Shown here piece after piece: positions 34,848 to 49,517 of a stretch of 64,000 bases of DNA (position 1 is its first letter; the number at the start of each line of letters is the position of its first letter). The stretch comes from Piromyces finnis finn. Its lineage: Eukaryota > Fungi > Neocallimastigomycota. Under the pieces are notes generated by a model that did not search any database, was not told where the DNA came from, and saw only the letters and a list, made by a program, of their open reading frames with translations. Made by a program: the position numbers and the translations under genes. The stretch covers positions 1-64,000 of the forward strand of contig MCFH01000052.1 of NCBI GenBank assembly GCA_002104945.1, in the 5' to 3' direction.

Positions 34848-36027
34848 AATTCATAATTTATAAATTTAATTATTTATCAATTTTTGATACGCTACTCATA
34901 TAAAAACATAATAAAAACTAGCTGAATAAACACGACTTAACCTATAGTAACTTATAATAAAAATAAACGATAGTAACCCTTAAAAATGAATGAATAATAA
35001 TTTTATGAAAATATAACCCTTTTTTAAATAAATAATATTCTCTTTATTATATAATAAATTCTGAGTAAAAACGACCTAATAGTGATAATAATAAAATAAA
35101 TTATTAAATAAAATAAAACGACTTAATCCAATAATGTACTAAAATAATAAAATAATAATAAATAAATAAAAATGAATAAATAAACTAAAAATAAAATGGT
35201 ATACATCAAATTATTAATTCTAGTGTTTATCCAAGTGTTCTTTAGAAATTCTCTTAAACTTATAAATTAATAAATAACTAATTGAGTAATTATTACTAAA
35301 ATGATAAACTTAAAACCTGGAAATAGAACAATAATAACAATTCCAAAGATAAAATACAGAACTCTTTTATGTTTCTGTATAAAATGAATGTTTATAATAA
35401 TTGATACTTTTAATATTTTAATTTTGTTAAATTTTTATTTTAATTTTATTTTAATTTTATTTTAATATTATTTTAATTTTAAAATTTAATTATTTTATTC
35501 AAGGTATTATACATTTAATGATAGTCAATGATAATTTATAATAATTTTTCTAAATTTAAACATTTTGAAGTAATAAGAAAATCAAATAAGTAATATTCTA
35601 TAATATTTTATAATACTAAGACATAATTTTAATTTATTCTTTTAATTTTAATAAATAATAACAATAGTAATAATAATATTTAATAGTTAAAAATAATAAT
35701 ACATATAATAAATGAAAATGTATAAAAGGAAGATAAAATTCTTCTTTATAAAGGGGCGGACAATAAATAGATAATAAATAAATTATAAAATATAATAAAG
35801 ATTTAATTTAAAACATAATAAGAGTTTATTTTCGAGTTTTGAGTGATTTATTTGTTAATTATAAAACATATTTTTATTTTATTTTAAATTTATTGTTTCA
35901 TCATAATAATATAGAATTTATTATTTATTAAAAACATTATATTATTCAAAAATATATCGGTCAACGCATCATTTTTGTTAAGGAACCAACAAATAATGTT
36001 ATTCTTGTCATAATTAATGATTATGAC

Positions 36028-37057
36028 TGTCACGAATACTAGTGGAATCTGCAATTTCAAGATCACTTGAAATTGTGAAATTACTTATAAAATTTCAAAA
36101 TCAATAATTTATTTTCAAATAAATTATAAAATTATATTAAGAAATATTTAAAAAATTTAGAAAAGGTTAAGATATGACCTTAACCCTTAATAATTTTATA
36201 ACAAATAACTTTAACCCTTATCGTTAAAATTAAATAAGGAAAAACACCCGTATCTCCTTAACGAATGGCGATTTTTGGGAAATTATGATTGGTTGGGAGA
36301 TTATGGGTTCGTTAGAAAGCCACGCTTGAGATAAACAACATATCTTAAAATCAGGTCAATATCTCTGCTGGTTCACGAGATATTCCAATTTAAAGATATT
36401 TTGTTAGTAATGATTAATTGTTTATTCAGAGAATGATCACCCCTGATGTATTGAACATAAATCATTCACCCAAAAGTATAAAAATTATTGTTTAATTAAA
36501 TTAAAATTATTTTCAGGAATTAATTAACTTTATTTTATAATAATTATTTTCAATAACATATCTTATAATCTTTGAATTAAAAGATTATAATTATTAATAT
36601 TATATACAATGAATTATATTATAATTAAGAAATAATTAATATTATGAATATATAAACAATAGTTATTTTTAATAATTAGTAATAAATCTTAAGTTTAGCC
36701 TTAGTATTATAAAATATATTATAAAAATAATCATGTATTAAAAAGTTATTTTATTATTAAATGTAAAATTACAATTAGTATAAATAGTTTAGAATAGTTT
36801 TATGAATTAAATCTTTGTAAAGATTATTATCTTATTAATACTTAATAAGTATTACTATTGAATAATCTTTTTATTATATATATGATTTAAATAAAATAAA
36901 AGAAATTATTTTAACCACAATACATAATTTAATTATTCATTTATAAAACAATTAAGATTATTTTAATAAAACATTTTTTTCCTAACCTAGTTATCTTTAA
37001 TCTTTTATTTAATTTAATATTTTAATATTAAATTATAAGTTTAACAAAACTTTTACA
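36028..37057 (+). repeat. Solo LTR family A, complete, 1030 bp, TSD ATGAC
   Basis: TGTCACG...CTTTTACA flanked by ATGAC at 36023-36027 and 37058-37062. Confidence 0.93.
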
Positions 37058-37704
37058 ATGACCTAATCCATTATTGTTCCTAAATGTATGAAAACTTTAC
37101 AATATTCTTATTTGTAAATTAATGTATCACTTAAATTATATTTAAAATTATTAATAATTATTTTTATTGAACTTAAATTTTATTTTATTAAACTTAAAAA
37201 TTAATTTAGTAATAATAATATATTGAAAATTATAGTTTATTGAACTATTAGTTTAATTTATCAAGTTAATGAATTTTTATTAATTAAAATTATGAATAAT
37301 ATTTCTGTAAAATAGTAAAATTCTTTAGTTAAATATATTTAAAGTAAACTTTTAATGTATGTTAATCAATTTAATAATATGTATAAATATTTATTATAAT
37401 AGTAATGTAATCTTATTATTCCTTTAAAAGTAATTTAAATACTAAAATTAATGTAAATAATTAAAGACTAATTCTTTTAATTAACACTACTTAAATTTCC
37501 ACAAAGAGTATAAAAAGGTGTATATTATAAGAATTAGAGAATATACAGATATTTTTATTTTTATTTTTATTTTATTTTATAATTTTATATTAATATCTTA
37601 ATAAAACAATTTTTCTTATTTCATTTTAATATTATTTTTGAGTATTAATAAATTTATTAATATTTTATAAATAAAATTAAATTCCTCGAACCATAACAAT
37701 TTTG

Positions 37705-38634
37705 TGTAAGAAATAATAATTATTTCAATCTAAATAATTAATATTTCTTATTTCTTATTAATTTAATAATTTAGTTAATAATATTTTATACACTTAAATT
37801 ATTTATTTAATTTATTTTGTTAAATATAAATTATACATTCATATACTTTATTTAATTTATTTAGTTAAATATAAATTATACATTCATATACTTTATTTAA
37901 TTTATTTAGTTAAATATATTTCATATATTTATATAATTTATTTAATTTATTTAATTAAATAATAATTTGTTCATTTGATTTTTAAATAATATTTATATAC
38001 AAGAATCCGTAATTTTACCCTTTAATTATATATTACTAATTAATTTACCTGTTATATCTAAACACGGATTTACTTTAGGAAATCGGTATTTTAAGAATTT
38101 TCCGATTATTATTACAAATAATTGGTTTTACTTAAAATTTACACGATGACCAATATGATTAGAATATTGGTTGAAAACTTGTTTAGGTTTTTCTTCTAGT
38201 CTTTTCCTAAACATTTTATTTGTTAAGATTAGAACTCATTTATTTAACTTTATATTTTTTAATAAAAATATAAATAAAACACTCTTGAAATTCTTTAGAA
38301 TTCAAGAGTTATTATTATAAGAAAAAATAATTATAATAAATAACAAATATTTCTATTTAATAAAAATTAACTAAAAAAAAAACATATTATTAATAAACAT
38401 AATTCTTATATTATACATTTCATTCTCATCCCTCTTCCCATTTGCGTTTTTTGTTGTTTATTATAAATCCTTATAATAAACTCGTTAAGTTCTAGTTTTT
38501 TTTTAATTTCATATTTAATTTTTTATTATTTTCTTTCCATATACATATAATTTAATATTAAATTTTAATATTGAGTTATCGATAAGTAATTGTATTATAC
38601 TATTTATTATAAATATTATAATAAAATTACTACA
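37705..38634 (+). repeat. Solo LTR family C (opposite orientation to element 1), TSD TTTTG
   Basis: TGTAAGAAATAATAATTATTTC...ATTACTACA is a diverged reverse complement of 12279-13319. TTTTG at 37700-37704 and 38635-38639. Confidence 0.92.
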
Positions 38635-38637
38635 TTT

Positions 38638-39257
38638 TGATAACGGATTAGTAGTTATATTATAACTTTTTAACTACTTCTTCTGTTATCTTATATTGTT
38701 TTATCTCGACAGTTATTGTACGAGCTTTAACAATATCTATTATTTTATGAATTTATTTTAGTTTATTTTATAATATTTATAGTTTTATTATTTAATAATA
38801 TTTATATAGAATAATAACACCAGATTTATTCTATAAAATAATATTTATTTTCAACACAATAATTAAAAATTAGACAAGTTTAATTTCGTTTTTATATTTT
38901 CTTTTATTTATTGTTTTTACACTCTTTTTAACAATAATTTTTATTATATAAAAACTTATTTTTGTCTTTTAATTATTATTATGTATTCTTTAATTAACTA
39001 TATTAATTGTTATTAAAATTAACTTATATCTTAATATTCTAAGTCTTCTTATTTTGTACTAAAAATTATTATTATTTTTTATATTAAAAATGATTTTTAT
39101 AATTTAACCCAATCAAATATATAAATTTAAAAAATAATTGATTTTATGTAAATTATATTTTTGTACTAAACTATATAAAATTATTTAATAATTATTTTTA
39201 TAATAAAATCTTCTACTAATATCAAATTTATAATATATTTATAATTATTATTTATCA
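38638..39257. repeat. Solo LTR family F, copy 2
   Basis: 620 bp, a few percent diverged from 31063-31683 by eye. Followed by ATTT then TGATAAGG. Confidence 0.8.
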
Positions 39258-39439
39258 ATTTTGATAAGGAATAATGATATAATGTTTTTATTATTAAAAT
39301 AACTTAACCATTTATCATTATTATCATATTTAAGTTAGATAAATAATATTAATTTATTAATTAAAAATTTAGTTAAGTGTAAATATTTTAATTAAATTTT
39401 ATTTTTATTAAATTGAACTAATATTATATTCTAAATTAT

Positions 39440-40455
39440 AGTGAAATCTGCAATTTCAAGATCACTTGAAATTGTGAAATTACTTATAAAATTTCAAAAG
39501 CAACAATATTTTATTTTCAAATAAATTATAAAATTTTATTAAGAAATATTTAAAAATTTAGAAAAGGTTAAGATATGACCTTAACCCTTAATAATTTTTA
39601 TAATAAATAACTTTAACCCTTACCATCATAATTTAATAATGAAAAGCAATCGTATCTCCTCAACAAATGGCGATTTTTGGGAAATCATGGTTAGGAAATT
39701 ATGGTCTCGTTAGAAAGCCACGCTCGAGATAAATAACATATCTTAAAATCAGGTTAATATCTCTGCTGGTTCACGAGATATTCCAATTTAAAGATATTTT
39801 GTTAGTAATGATTAATTGTTTATTCAGAGAATGATCACCCCTGATGTATTGAACATAAATCATTCACCCAAAAGGATATAAATTACTGTTTTAATTAAAT
39901 TAAAATTATTTTCCGGAATTAATTAACTTTATTTTATAATAATTACTTCAATAACATAACTTATAATCTTTGAATTAAAAGATTATAATTATTAATATTA
40001 TATTCAATGAATTATATTAGAATTAAGAAATGATTAATATTATAAATATATAAACAATAGTTACTCTTAATAATTAGTAATAAGTCTTAAGTTTAGTTTT
40101 AGTATTATAAAATATATTATGAATATAATCATGTATTAAAAAATTATTTTATTATTAAATGTAAAATTACAATTAGTATAAATAGTTTAGAATAGTTTAT
40201 GAAATTAAAATCTTTGTAAAGATTATTATCTTATTAATACTTAATAAGTATTACTATTAAATAATCTTTTTATTATATATATGATTTAAATAAAATAAAA
40301 GAAATTATTTTAACCATAATACATAATTTAATTATTCATTTATAAAACAATTAAGATTATTTTAATAAAACATTTTTTTCTAACCTAGTTATCTTTAATC
40401 TTTTATTTAATTTAATATTTTAGTATTAAATTATAAGTTTAGTAAAACTTTTACA
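39440..40455 (+). repeat. Solo LTR family A, 5' terminus missing
   Basis: Colinear with 36040-37057 and ends ...AAAACTTTTACA. Left boundary is approximate. Confidence 0.85.
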
Positions 40456-41206
40456 TTTTAAGTTAACCCTAAAAGTAACTTAAAACAAGTTATAGTTTAA
40501 TTAATTACTGTACCAAAATTCTAAAATAAAATTAATCCTTAACACTACATATATTTTGATTATTGAAAGAAAATAATAAACTTTAATTAATCGAGATCAA
40601 AATATATAACTTTTGTTAAATTAATTGTTAAATTAAATATTTAATAACTTCGTTAGTAAATTACACTTTAAAAGTAAAAAAATATAATAATTCATGTTAT
40701 AAAATAATATAATTAAACACTTTTATTAAAATATTAAAAATAATTATTACTTTAATTGTAAAATAAACAACTTTTTATATTCTTTAACTTTTAATTGTTT
40801 CTTTTATTGTTATTTTTAATTACTTTTAATTACTGTTATTGTAAATAGTTATTAATTTTATTATTTTAATGTAAATAGTTTAAACTTAAAAGAAAATATA
40901 AATACATGTAAATATTCTTATTTTAATCATTATTATTATTATTAATAAAGAAATATTATATAGTTTAGTTAATATTTTTGTAATTTTAATAATCACTTTT
41001 ATAATTAAATAAATAAACTTTTAAATAATTAAATATTAGAAAAACGAGTGTTTCTAATAAAACAATTTAGTGTTTTAATAAAACAATTTTATTAATTTTT
41101 ATAAAAACAATTTTAAGTCTTAAATAATATAACTTATACAGATATAATATAATAATCACTTTTTGAAGTAAAATTCAAAATTAAGATTATTATCAAATTA
41201 TATCAA

Positions 41207-41223
41207 TGGTCCTTCGAACCGGA
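41207..41223 (+). promoter_or_regulatory. Primer-binding site complementary to the tRNA-Tyr 3' end, after an LTR end (..TATCA at 41205)
   Basis: TGGTCCTTCGAACCGGA. Eukaryotic tRNA-Tyr typically ends ..TCCGGCTCGAAGGA-CCA, giving one mismatch to that reference. Confidence 0.7.
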
Positions 41224-43995
41224 GAATCAAAATAAGGTAAATACATAAAATTTTCTTTATATAAAAATTTCATATAGAATAGTAAAATATTGAAATTAAT
41301 TAAATAATCAAGTTATAATAGTATAGAATAGATAGTTAATAGAATAGTTAAATATTCTCAATATTTTATCTATTTAGAAATCATAACTTATTAAATAATA
41401 AAATAATATTAAAATAATAAATCAATATTCAATATTGAAATATTATTTAAATATTATTAAAACAATATTAAAATAAAATAAATAAATTATAATACTTAAT
41501 AGTATAGTATTAATATAGTAAATTGATATATAAACATTATATATTAGATAAAATATATAGATATTTTAAATAAGAAAAGAATTTAAAAAAAAATAGTATA
41601 GAAGAATTATTAGATAAATAGATTGATAATATTATAAATAAGATAGTTGAAAGAATTAATTATAATAATAAAATAGGTATATATATATTAGGTATATATA
41701 CATAAAAATAAATATATAATAAAAATAAATTAAAATAATAATAAATAAAGATTTAAGTATATATATATATAAAAATATATATACACCAAACAAACCAAAA
41801 AAAAAAAATATAAATATAAAACTTTATAAATAAAAAAAAATACTTGTAAAAATATACTAGGAGCGTATAGAGCTCATATACAGAGTTTCAGTGTATAATT
41901 AACTAGTTTCAGTTGGTTAGAAACTATAGCTGTTAATCACTGAAGTATTTGTAAAAGTAGGACGAGTGTGAATAGCACGCTTACTTGGGGGAAGAGATTG
42001 TTAGTGTGATAAAAAGCACGCAATACAGGACTCTCAAGTTGAATACTTTAGTGAACTCTGGCGAATAAGGAACTTTAGTCACCGAAGGTTAAAGGTTTGT
42101 CGTGAAGGTAAAGCGACATAAAAATTGTAAAAGTATAAAATTTAAAACAGATTTCATACTTAAAGCAAAACAATCTTTATTAACACAAAAATAAAAAATA
42201 AAACATTAAATTTTTATTTAAAAAAACATTTTTATTTAAACTCTTAAAAATATTATTAACTATATAATAGTTATTAATTAAAAAATTGAAAATAACAATT
42301 ACATCGATTTAATAAACAAAAATTACATGTATTTATATTTTTTCATAATTATATTCTTATATATTATTCTATTTAAATAAACATATATTTAATATAAAAT
42401 AAACAACACTAATCTAATTAAATAATAAAATAACAAAACTAAACTAAAACTAATTCATTATACTTTTAATTCAATTTGAGTAAACTCAAAGTTGAATAAA
42501 GCCCATGTATTTTCTATAAATTAATTTAATATTATCAATACTATTCTTAATATATTTCTTATTGAAATATAAACAAATCTATTTTTTAAAACTAAGTTAA
42601 AATTATTAAATATTCTAAATTTAAATAAAAAAGTATAATGTTATTAAACTATTCTAAAATTAAATAAAAAGTATTTAAAAAATATTTTAATTATTTAAAA
42701 TATTTGAAATATAATTCTTTTATTCCTTAAATTTAAATATTTATCTTAATTTAAATTAACGGAATTATTATAAAATAATTTATTATTAGATTATTCCATA
42801 AAATTTATTCAAAAATTTTATAATCAATTTTACTAAATATTAATTTATTATTTAATAATTAATAATTCATTATTAAATAATCTAAAGATATATATTATAT
42901 CTTTACAAAAATATATAGTTTAAATTTATTTTAAGGTCTAGTATATCACCTCTAGTTAGTAGCTTTTGCCGGTTAATTAAATTGTTGTAAGGCATTAAAA
43001 AGCGAAAAATAAATCCTGTAAATAAAGTTTTATATTTAATTATTTTTTTTTTAAGAAAAAGAAATACATAAATTGTAATTATAAAATAATAATTATAATT
43101 TATAAATAAAAATTATTTAATAAAAATTATTCAATAAAAATTATTATAGATTTTATCACTGGTTCGAAACCGACTGTTTCCTTTTTATAAAATTAACATT
43201 GAAATAATATTGTTATATTTTTATATAATAACCAATCATGTAATTTAGAATAGATATATTGAATATAAAAACCATGCATTATTTTTATTTTATGCTCTTT
43301 GAGCTATTATTAACATTCAATAATAATAAATAAAATAATATAAAATCCAAAATAATAATATTTAATTCTGTGTTTTTATTTATTTATTTATTTTATTTAT
43401 TGTTAATTCCTACAACAACCTAGTGGTTATCACTAGTTCTTGTTACATTTTATAATTAAACAATAATTAATTAAAATTAAAAAATGTATTAAATAAAATA
43501 GTTCAGGTATAAAAAGAACAAAAATTACAAAAATTACGAAGCTTTAGTGTTAGTAATTTTTTAACTTAAAGTTAAAAAAATTTATAAACTCCTATAAAAC
43601 CTAAAATTTTAAAAATTTTAATATTTTTAATAACTTAATATATGCTGATATTAAGTTATTGCTAAAATAAAAATATTATTTAATTTTCTTTATATAAATA
43701 TTATTAGCTTTACGCCTTCAATAAGAAAGCGTATTATATTTGTTAATTAATATAACTGGTGTGCTTACCACACTTTTCTTTAATAAAAAATCGCTTTTTG
43801 ACAATTTATATTTATGTAGTAATTATTATTATATATTTAATAATAATTATTATCTACAATATAATAATTCAATATGTATTATGTAATATTATATTGAAAA
43901 GTTTCTTAAAATAAAATAATAAAACAAATACTTATCTTAAAGAGTTTATTATAAGTGAGTTATAATAAGCAACACGGAATTTTAAGGATATTTTT

Positions 43996-44599
43996 AGTCA
44001 TGAATATTTGTGGATTCATGATTATTTATTTAAATAATGTTTTATTTATTTAATTAATTAGAAATATTTTGTTATAAAACATTATTAAATAATATTTAAG
44101 AGATATTATTATTTTATAATTATTAAGATTTTATATTTATTAAAGTTTGAATTAATATCTCTTTGTTCATTTGAAGGAAATTAAAATTAAATTATAAAAT
44201 AAGCATTCCTTCTACAAATGATTTACAATATGACTTTATAATTATTAAATAAAACACGAGTTTAAGAAAAAGTCATATATAAGTAATATATATTTAATTT
44301 ATAGAATAGTTAATTAATATAAACAATTAATCATGTATTAAATATTAAATGTATTCCTTTAATATTAAAGATAGTATAAATACTCAAGAAATTTCCTATC
44401 ATTAGGAATTTCGAGAGTTCATTAATTTAAATATTTACTCTAATAAAAAATAATAATTAATAAATAAAAAATTTTTCTTTAAATAAAAATTTTATTAATA
44501 AATAAAATTAATAAAATAGTATTTATTTATTTAATTATTTATTTAACAATTTAGGGTAAAATAGTACATTCCGATCCAACAGAAGTGGAAAACCTAACA
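43996..44599 (+). repeat. Solo LTR family B, uninterrupted (empty site for the SINE-like insert)
   Basis: Matches rc(646-787) + 1191-1324 + 1903-2210. Confidence 0.85.
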
Positions 44600-44604
44600 A
44601 TAAT

Positions 44605-44876
44605 TGTGAAGATATTAACTGGATCTAAAATAAATTCAGATAATATCTACAATTAATTAAACATAATAATTATAATTAAATAATTTCAATAATTATTTTA
44701 AAATACCTTTAAAAGTCACCTTTTAAATTTTGATTCAGTGAAAGGGTTATAATTTCAAAAATTTAATATCAATACACTATAACCCATAGCCAAAAATAAA
44801 CAAACACGAAACAGGACGTAACTCGCCAAAAACGAGTGCTACAGCTGTAAGTGCTACGGCTGTAAAACTAAGTTTA
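44605..44876. repeat. Partial LTR family I
   Basis: TGTGAAGATATTAACTGG start, colinear with 33072-33335. Confidence 0.85.
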
Positions 44877-46237
44877 TGTAACGAAATGTATTCGACAATC
44901 ATACTTCAACACAAAAATATAAATACATTTTATGTATTAAAGTAATAAAAAGAATAAAGCTTTATTATCGAACACAAACTACTTTACAGGTTAGTGTTAA
45001 ATAATATTTTATTTTTTTTTTTTTTTAAAATAAAAACTCAATTATCTAAAATATTTTGGGAAAATTCACTCATATTTATACCAAAATAATTTTAATTAAT
45101 TTATAGATTTTTATAACTTAATGTAAAGATATAAAATATATCTTTAAATTATTTAATAATTAATTAATAATTATTAAATAATAATTTTGATATTTTAATA
45201 AAAAATTATTTATAAAATTTATTATATAAGTTTTATGGAATAATTAAATAAAGATTAATTTTAAAATATCAAAGTTAGAAATGAAATTTGGATAAATATT
45301 TAAATTAATGGATAATTAAATTTAAATATTTTAAATATTCAAATTAAATCTTAAAAAGTTTTTATTTAATTAAAATTAGTTTAATAACTTTAGCGTAGTT
45401 TTAAATTAGCATTTTTTAATAGCAAAGATCTAATAAATAGTATTATTAATATTTAATTAATGTATAGGTAATACATGGACTGTATTCAATTTGTAGTTTA
45501 CTCAAATTGAATCAAAAGTGTATTGAATTAGTTTTAGTTTAGTTTTATTATTTTATTATTTAATTAAATTAGTATCACATTAGTTTTGTTTATTTTATAT
45601 TAAATATATGTATAATTGAATAGAATAATATATTAAAATATAATTTACAAAAAATATAAATACATGTAAATTTTCTTAATTAAAACGATGTAATTGTTAT
45701 TGACTATAATTTAGGTAATAACTAAATAAAGCAAATAAAAGAGAATTTTAAATATATTTTTTTTTATTTTGTGTTGTTTTATTATAAAATTTTATAATCT
45801 GTTTTTTAGTATAAAACCTTTACAGATATTGTTAACAAAAACATCATCCATATTAATAATAGTATTGATAATATTAAATTAATTTATAGATAATACATGG
45901 ACCTGATTTAATTTTGAGTTTACTCAAAATGAATTAAAAATGTAATGAATTAATTTTTGTTTAGTTTTATTATTTTACTACTTTATTAGATTAGTTTTGT
46001 TTATTTTATATTAAATATATATTTATTTAAATAAGACAGTATATTAGAATATAATAATTAAAAAAATATAAAATACATATAATTTTTTATCAATTGAATC
46101 GATGTAATTGTTATTTTAAATTTTAATAATTAATAAAGTGATAATTTGTAATAAAAAATATTCTTTTATTTTTTCATTTTTATGTTTAGTTGTTTTATTG
46201 TTAAATATATAATCTGTCTTAAGATTAATATTTTACA

Positions 46238-47256
46238 TCATGTCTTTGGATTTTGGAAGCTCGACAATAAAATATCCATTAACAATTCAGACCATGTTCT
46301 ATTAGGAGTGGAAAGAGGAGAAAGCAAACCATATAGTTGATGTCTAGGAGCTTTAGCTTTACAACAAGTTTCACAAGACTTTATAAACTTTTTAGCATCA
46401 TAACTAAATTTTAGCCACCAAAAATTTCTACTAATTAATTCAATAATTTTATTAACACCAAAGTGACTAGCAGAAATAGAGTCATGATGTAATTCTAAAA
46501 TCTTAGTTCTTAATGAAGAAGGAAAATAGATTAAATTATCAAAAAGTAAAAATCCTTCATTATCAATCTTAACTTTATCAATATTCTTAATCGAAAGGGA
46601 CGAAGAATTTTTATTATTTAAAAATAAACAAACTTTGTTCTATAGTTCATCATTTTTTAAAGAACATAGAATGGAATTGATTAGAAAATCATTCTTATTA
46701 AAAGAATTAATATCATTACATGAAATATGATTACAACTAAAATTATTACATTCGATTTTTTCATTAATTTTATTACTATTACTATCATTATAAATATGAT
46801 TAGTACTTCTGGATACCAAGTCAGGTTTGCCAGACTTTTTTCCAGCTCTATAGATTAATTTAAAATCAAATCTAAATAAGAATTCATACTATCTTATCTG
46901 TCTTTGTGAAAGTATTTCAGGCTTTCTTGGGAAAGTTAAATTCTTATGGTCTGTATAAATGGTGAATTGATGTTTAGCACCTTCTAAGTAGTGCCTCCAT
47001 TCTTCAAGAACCACTTTGGTAATTTCTTTGGGACTTGGTTAAGCTAAATAAAATAAAAGCAATAGGAAGTAATTGCCCTTCAAATTCTTGTGAAAGAATT
47101 GCACCAACTGCAAAAATACTAGTATCAGTCTCAACAATAAATGGTTTGTTTCTATCAGGATTCATTAAGATGGGAGCTGAAATGAAAGCCTTTTGAAGCG
47201 TAACAAATGCATTTTGATGCTCAGGAACCCAATTAAAAGGAACATTTTTTCTAGTA
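46238..47256 (-). pseudogene. Degraded Ty3/Gypsy RNase H-integrase fragment related to element 3
   Basis: Reverse complement aligns by eye to ~27400-28395 (ETDTSIFAVG-like, KSGKPDLVSR, LELHHDSISASHFG) with stops and frameshifts. Confidence 0.88.
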
Positions 47257-47409
47257 GATGTAACGAAATATTATAATAATAAAAACACAGACGTAATTTT
47301 ACTTTTTATTTTATTATTTTATTTTACTAAATTTTATTATTATAACACAACTAACTCGCTAGGTCAGTGTATTATCAAATTAATCGAATTATAGTTTTCC
47401 ATTTGAAAC

Positions 47410-47675
47410 AAGGGTATCATTATTCGGGTCTCCGAAATTGGTACGAAGGGTAGTAATAAATGGATCATAGTTTTTTTTTTTTTAGAATGGCATTGTTGTT
47501 TTGGTTTAAACAAGCGGTCCATTCTAAAGGTCTATTAATAAAGTAGGAAATTAAGAAGCGAACTCTCCCCTCATCATTAGTGAGTCTATCAGGGTTGGTT
47601 TCAATAGCTAGGTCAACCCTAGTCAAGAACCCCATCTAGTTCTTGTCTGCAGCCTAAGAAAACTGGAGGATCATT
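47410..47675 (-). pseudogene. Degraded Ty3/Gypsy gag fragment
   Basis: Translates NDPPVFLG..QELDG/FLTRVDLAIET..RVRFLISYFINRPLEWT, paralogous to gag at 18781. Confidence 0.82.
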
Positions 47676-48021
47676 GACTATCCTCAAGAACGCTCCTTGG
47701 TATTCCATGTTTTCGTTTTAAGTGTAAATTATCTAAGAGGTGATATATTTCTTCCAATATGATTATATTCTAAGTATTAAATTTATTATAATATTTCAGT
47801 TAAGATATTGTCGTAACTTTATCCTATCAAACGGTGTTAGACGAGCTCTTAAAAATATTATAATAGAATTAAATATACTTAAGATATGGAAGATTTTTTG
47901 AGTAATAGGTACTACATTGACTAATTTCCAGAAAGCACGGTAAAACTCCAAAACGCAGTAGATTTTCCTAGAAACGCGGTAGATTTTTAAAATGTTTTAT
48001 TGCAACATTTTATAGCGTGCT

Positions 48022-48788
48022 TTATTAAAAAAAAGTAATTGTAAAAGGTTTTATTATCAAAAAACAGATTATAAAATTTTACAATAAAATAAAATACACA
48101 AAAAATAAAAAAAAAATGCAAAAACAAAAAAAAATTTTTTCTTTTTTAAATTCTCTTTTATTAAATTTATTTAGTTATTAACCAAATTTTAGTCAATAAC
48201 AATTACTTTGTTTTTATTAAGAAAAATTACATGTATTTATATTTTTTTACTTATTATATTTTAATATATTATTTTATTATTAAAAAAAAGTAATTGTAAA
48301 AGGTTTTATTATCAAAAAACAGATTATAAAATTTTACAATAAAATAAAATACACAAAAAATAAAAAAAAAATGCAAAAACAAAAAAAAATTTTTTCTTTT
48401 TTAAATTCTCTTTTATTAAATTTATTTAGTTATTAACCAAATTTTAGTCAATAACAATTACTTTGTTTTTATTAAGAAAAATTACATGTATTTATATTTT
48501 TTTACTTATTATATTTTAATATATTATTTTATTATTAAAAAAAAGTAATTGTAAAAGGTTTTATTATCAAAAAACAGATTATAAAATTTTACAATAAAAT
48601 AAAATACACAAAAAATAAAAAAAAAATGCAAAAACAAAAAAAATTTTTTTCTTTTTTAAATTCTCTTTTATTAAATTTATTTAGTTATTAACCAAATTTT
48701 AGTCAATAACAATTACTTTGTTTTTATTAAGAAAAATTACATGTATTTATATTTTTTTACTTATTATATTTTAATATATTATTTTATT
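48022..48788. repeat. 255-bp tandem repeat x3 covering an LTR terminus
   Basis: TGTAAAAGGTTTTTATTATC starts at 48040, 48295 and 48550. Units are identical by eye. Confidence 0.93.
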
Positions 48789-49022
48789 TAGTCATACTCC
48801 TTTATTATAATATATAATTTTTAATAATGCATTGATAAAATGACGAAAAATATTTTTTATTTATATTTTTCCTAAATAAAATTACATTACATTATATTTA
48901 TTTATATATTGTATATTATTATTTAAAAACTATACTAAAATCTTAATTATTAATAAAATATTTAAACTAAAACTATTTTGGTAACATAAAATTGCCAATG
49001 AAGTACTATTCAATTTGAATAT

Positions 49023-49517
49023 GTGCCCATGTATTATTTATATAATAATCATTTAATAATCATATACTATTTATCTATTTCTATTAAAAAACAATACTAA
49101 AACTAAGGAATTAAATTGAGAATTTAATCTATTTGTTAAATATTAAAAATAAATTAGTAATTTATTTTGTTTTAAGCTTTAATTATTAACAAACGTATAA
49201 TGCCTTATTTTCTTTTCATTTTTCTGAAATATAATTTGTGTAACTTAAGTCGTAACATTCGTGATTTAAGTTACATTAAAGATATCAAGTAGCGGCGTTA
49301 GATACCCTTACAGTCACATATTATTTTTATATCAAAGTATTTTGCTTTTACAGAATATTCAGGGTTCTGATTTCAATTATTTAAAATCATTTTGTAGGAT
49401 AAATACTGATATAGCATTGAACCACTGTCTTCCTGATTATTCAAGTCCAGAGAGTGCTTTATCGAGTTTCCAATATCTTTTGTTGTTTCATCACCTGGTG
49501 ATATAGTGGTATATATT
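49023..49517 (-). repeat. Inverted duplicate of the Copia-RT / D-like LTR junction at 9156-9647
   Basis: Reverse complement match across the same junction (GTGAC|TGTAAGGGTATC; LTR terminus at 49312 and 9358). Confidence 0.88.

Noticed and set aside
41860-42120. GC-richer island as a candidate ncRNA
   Set aside because: Abuts an LTR terminus and resembles in position and composition the leaders of elements 2 and 3; most likely a retroelement leader remnant.
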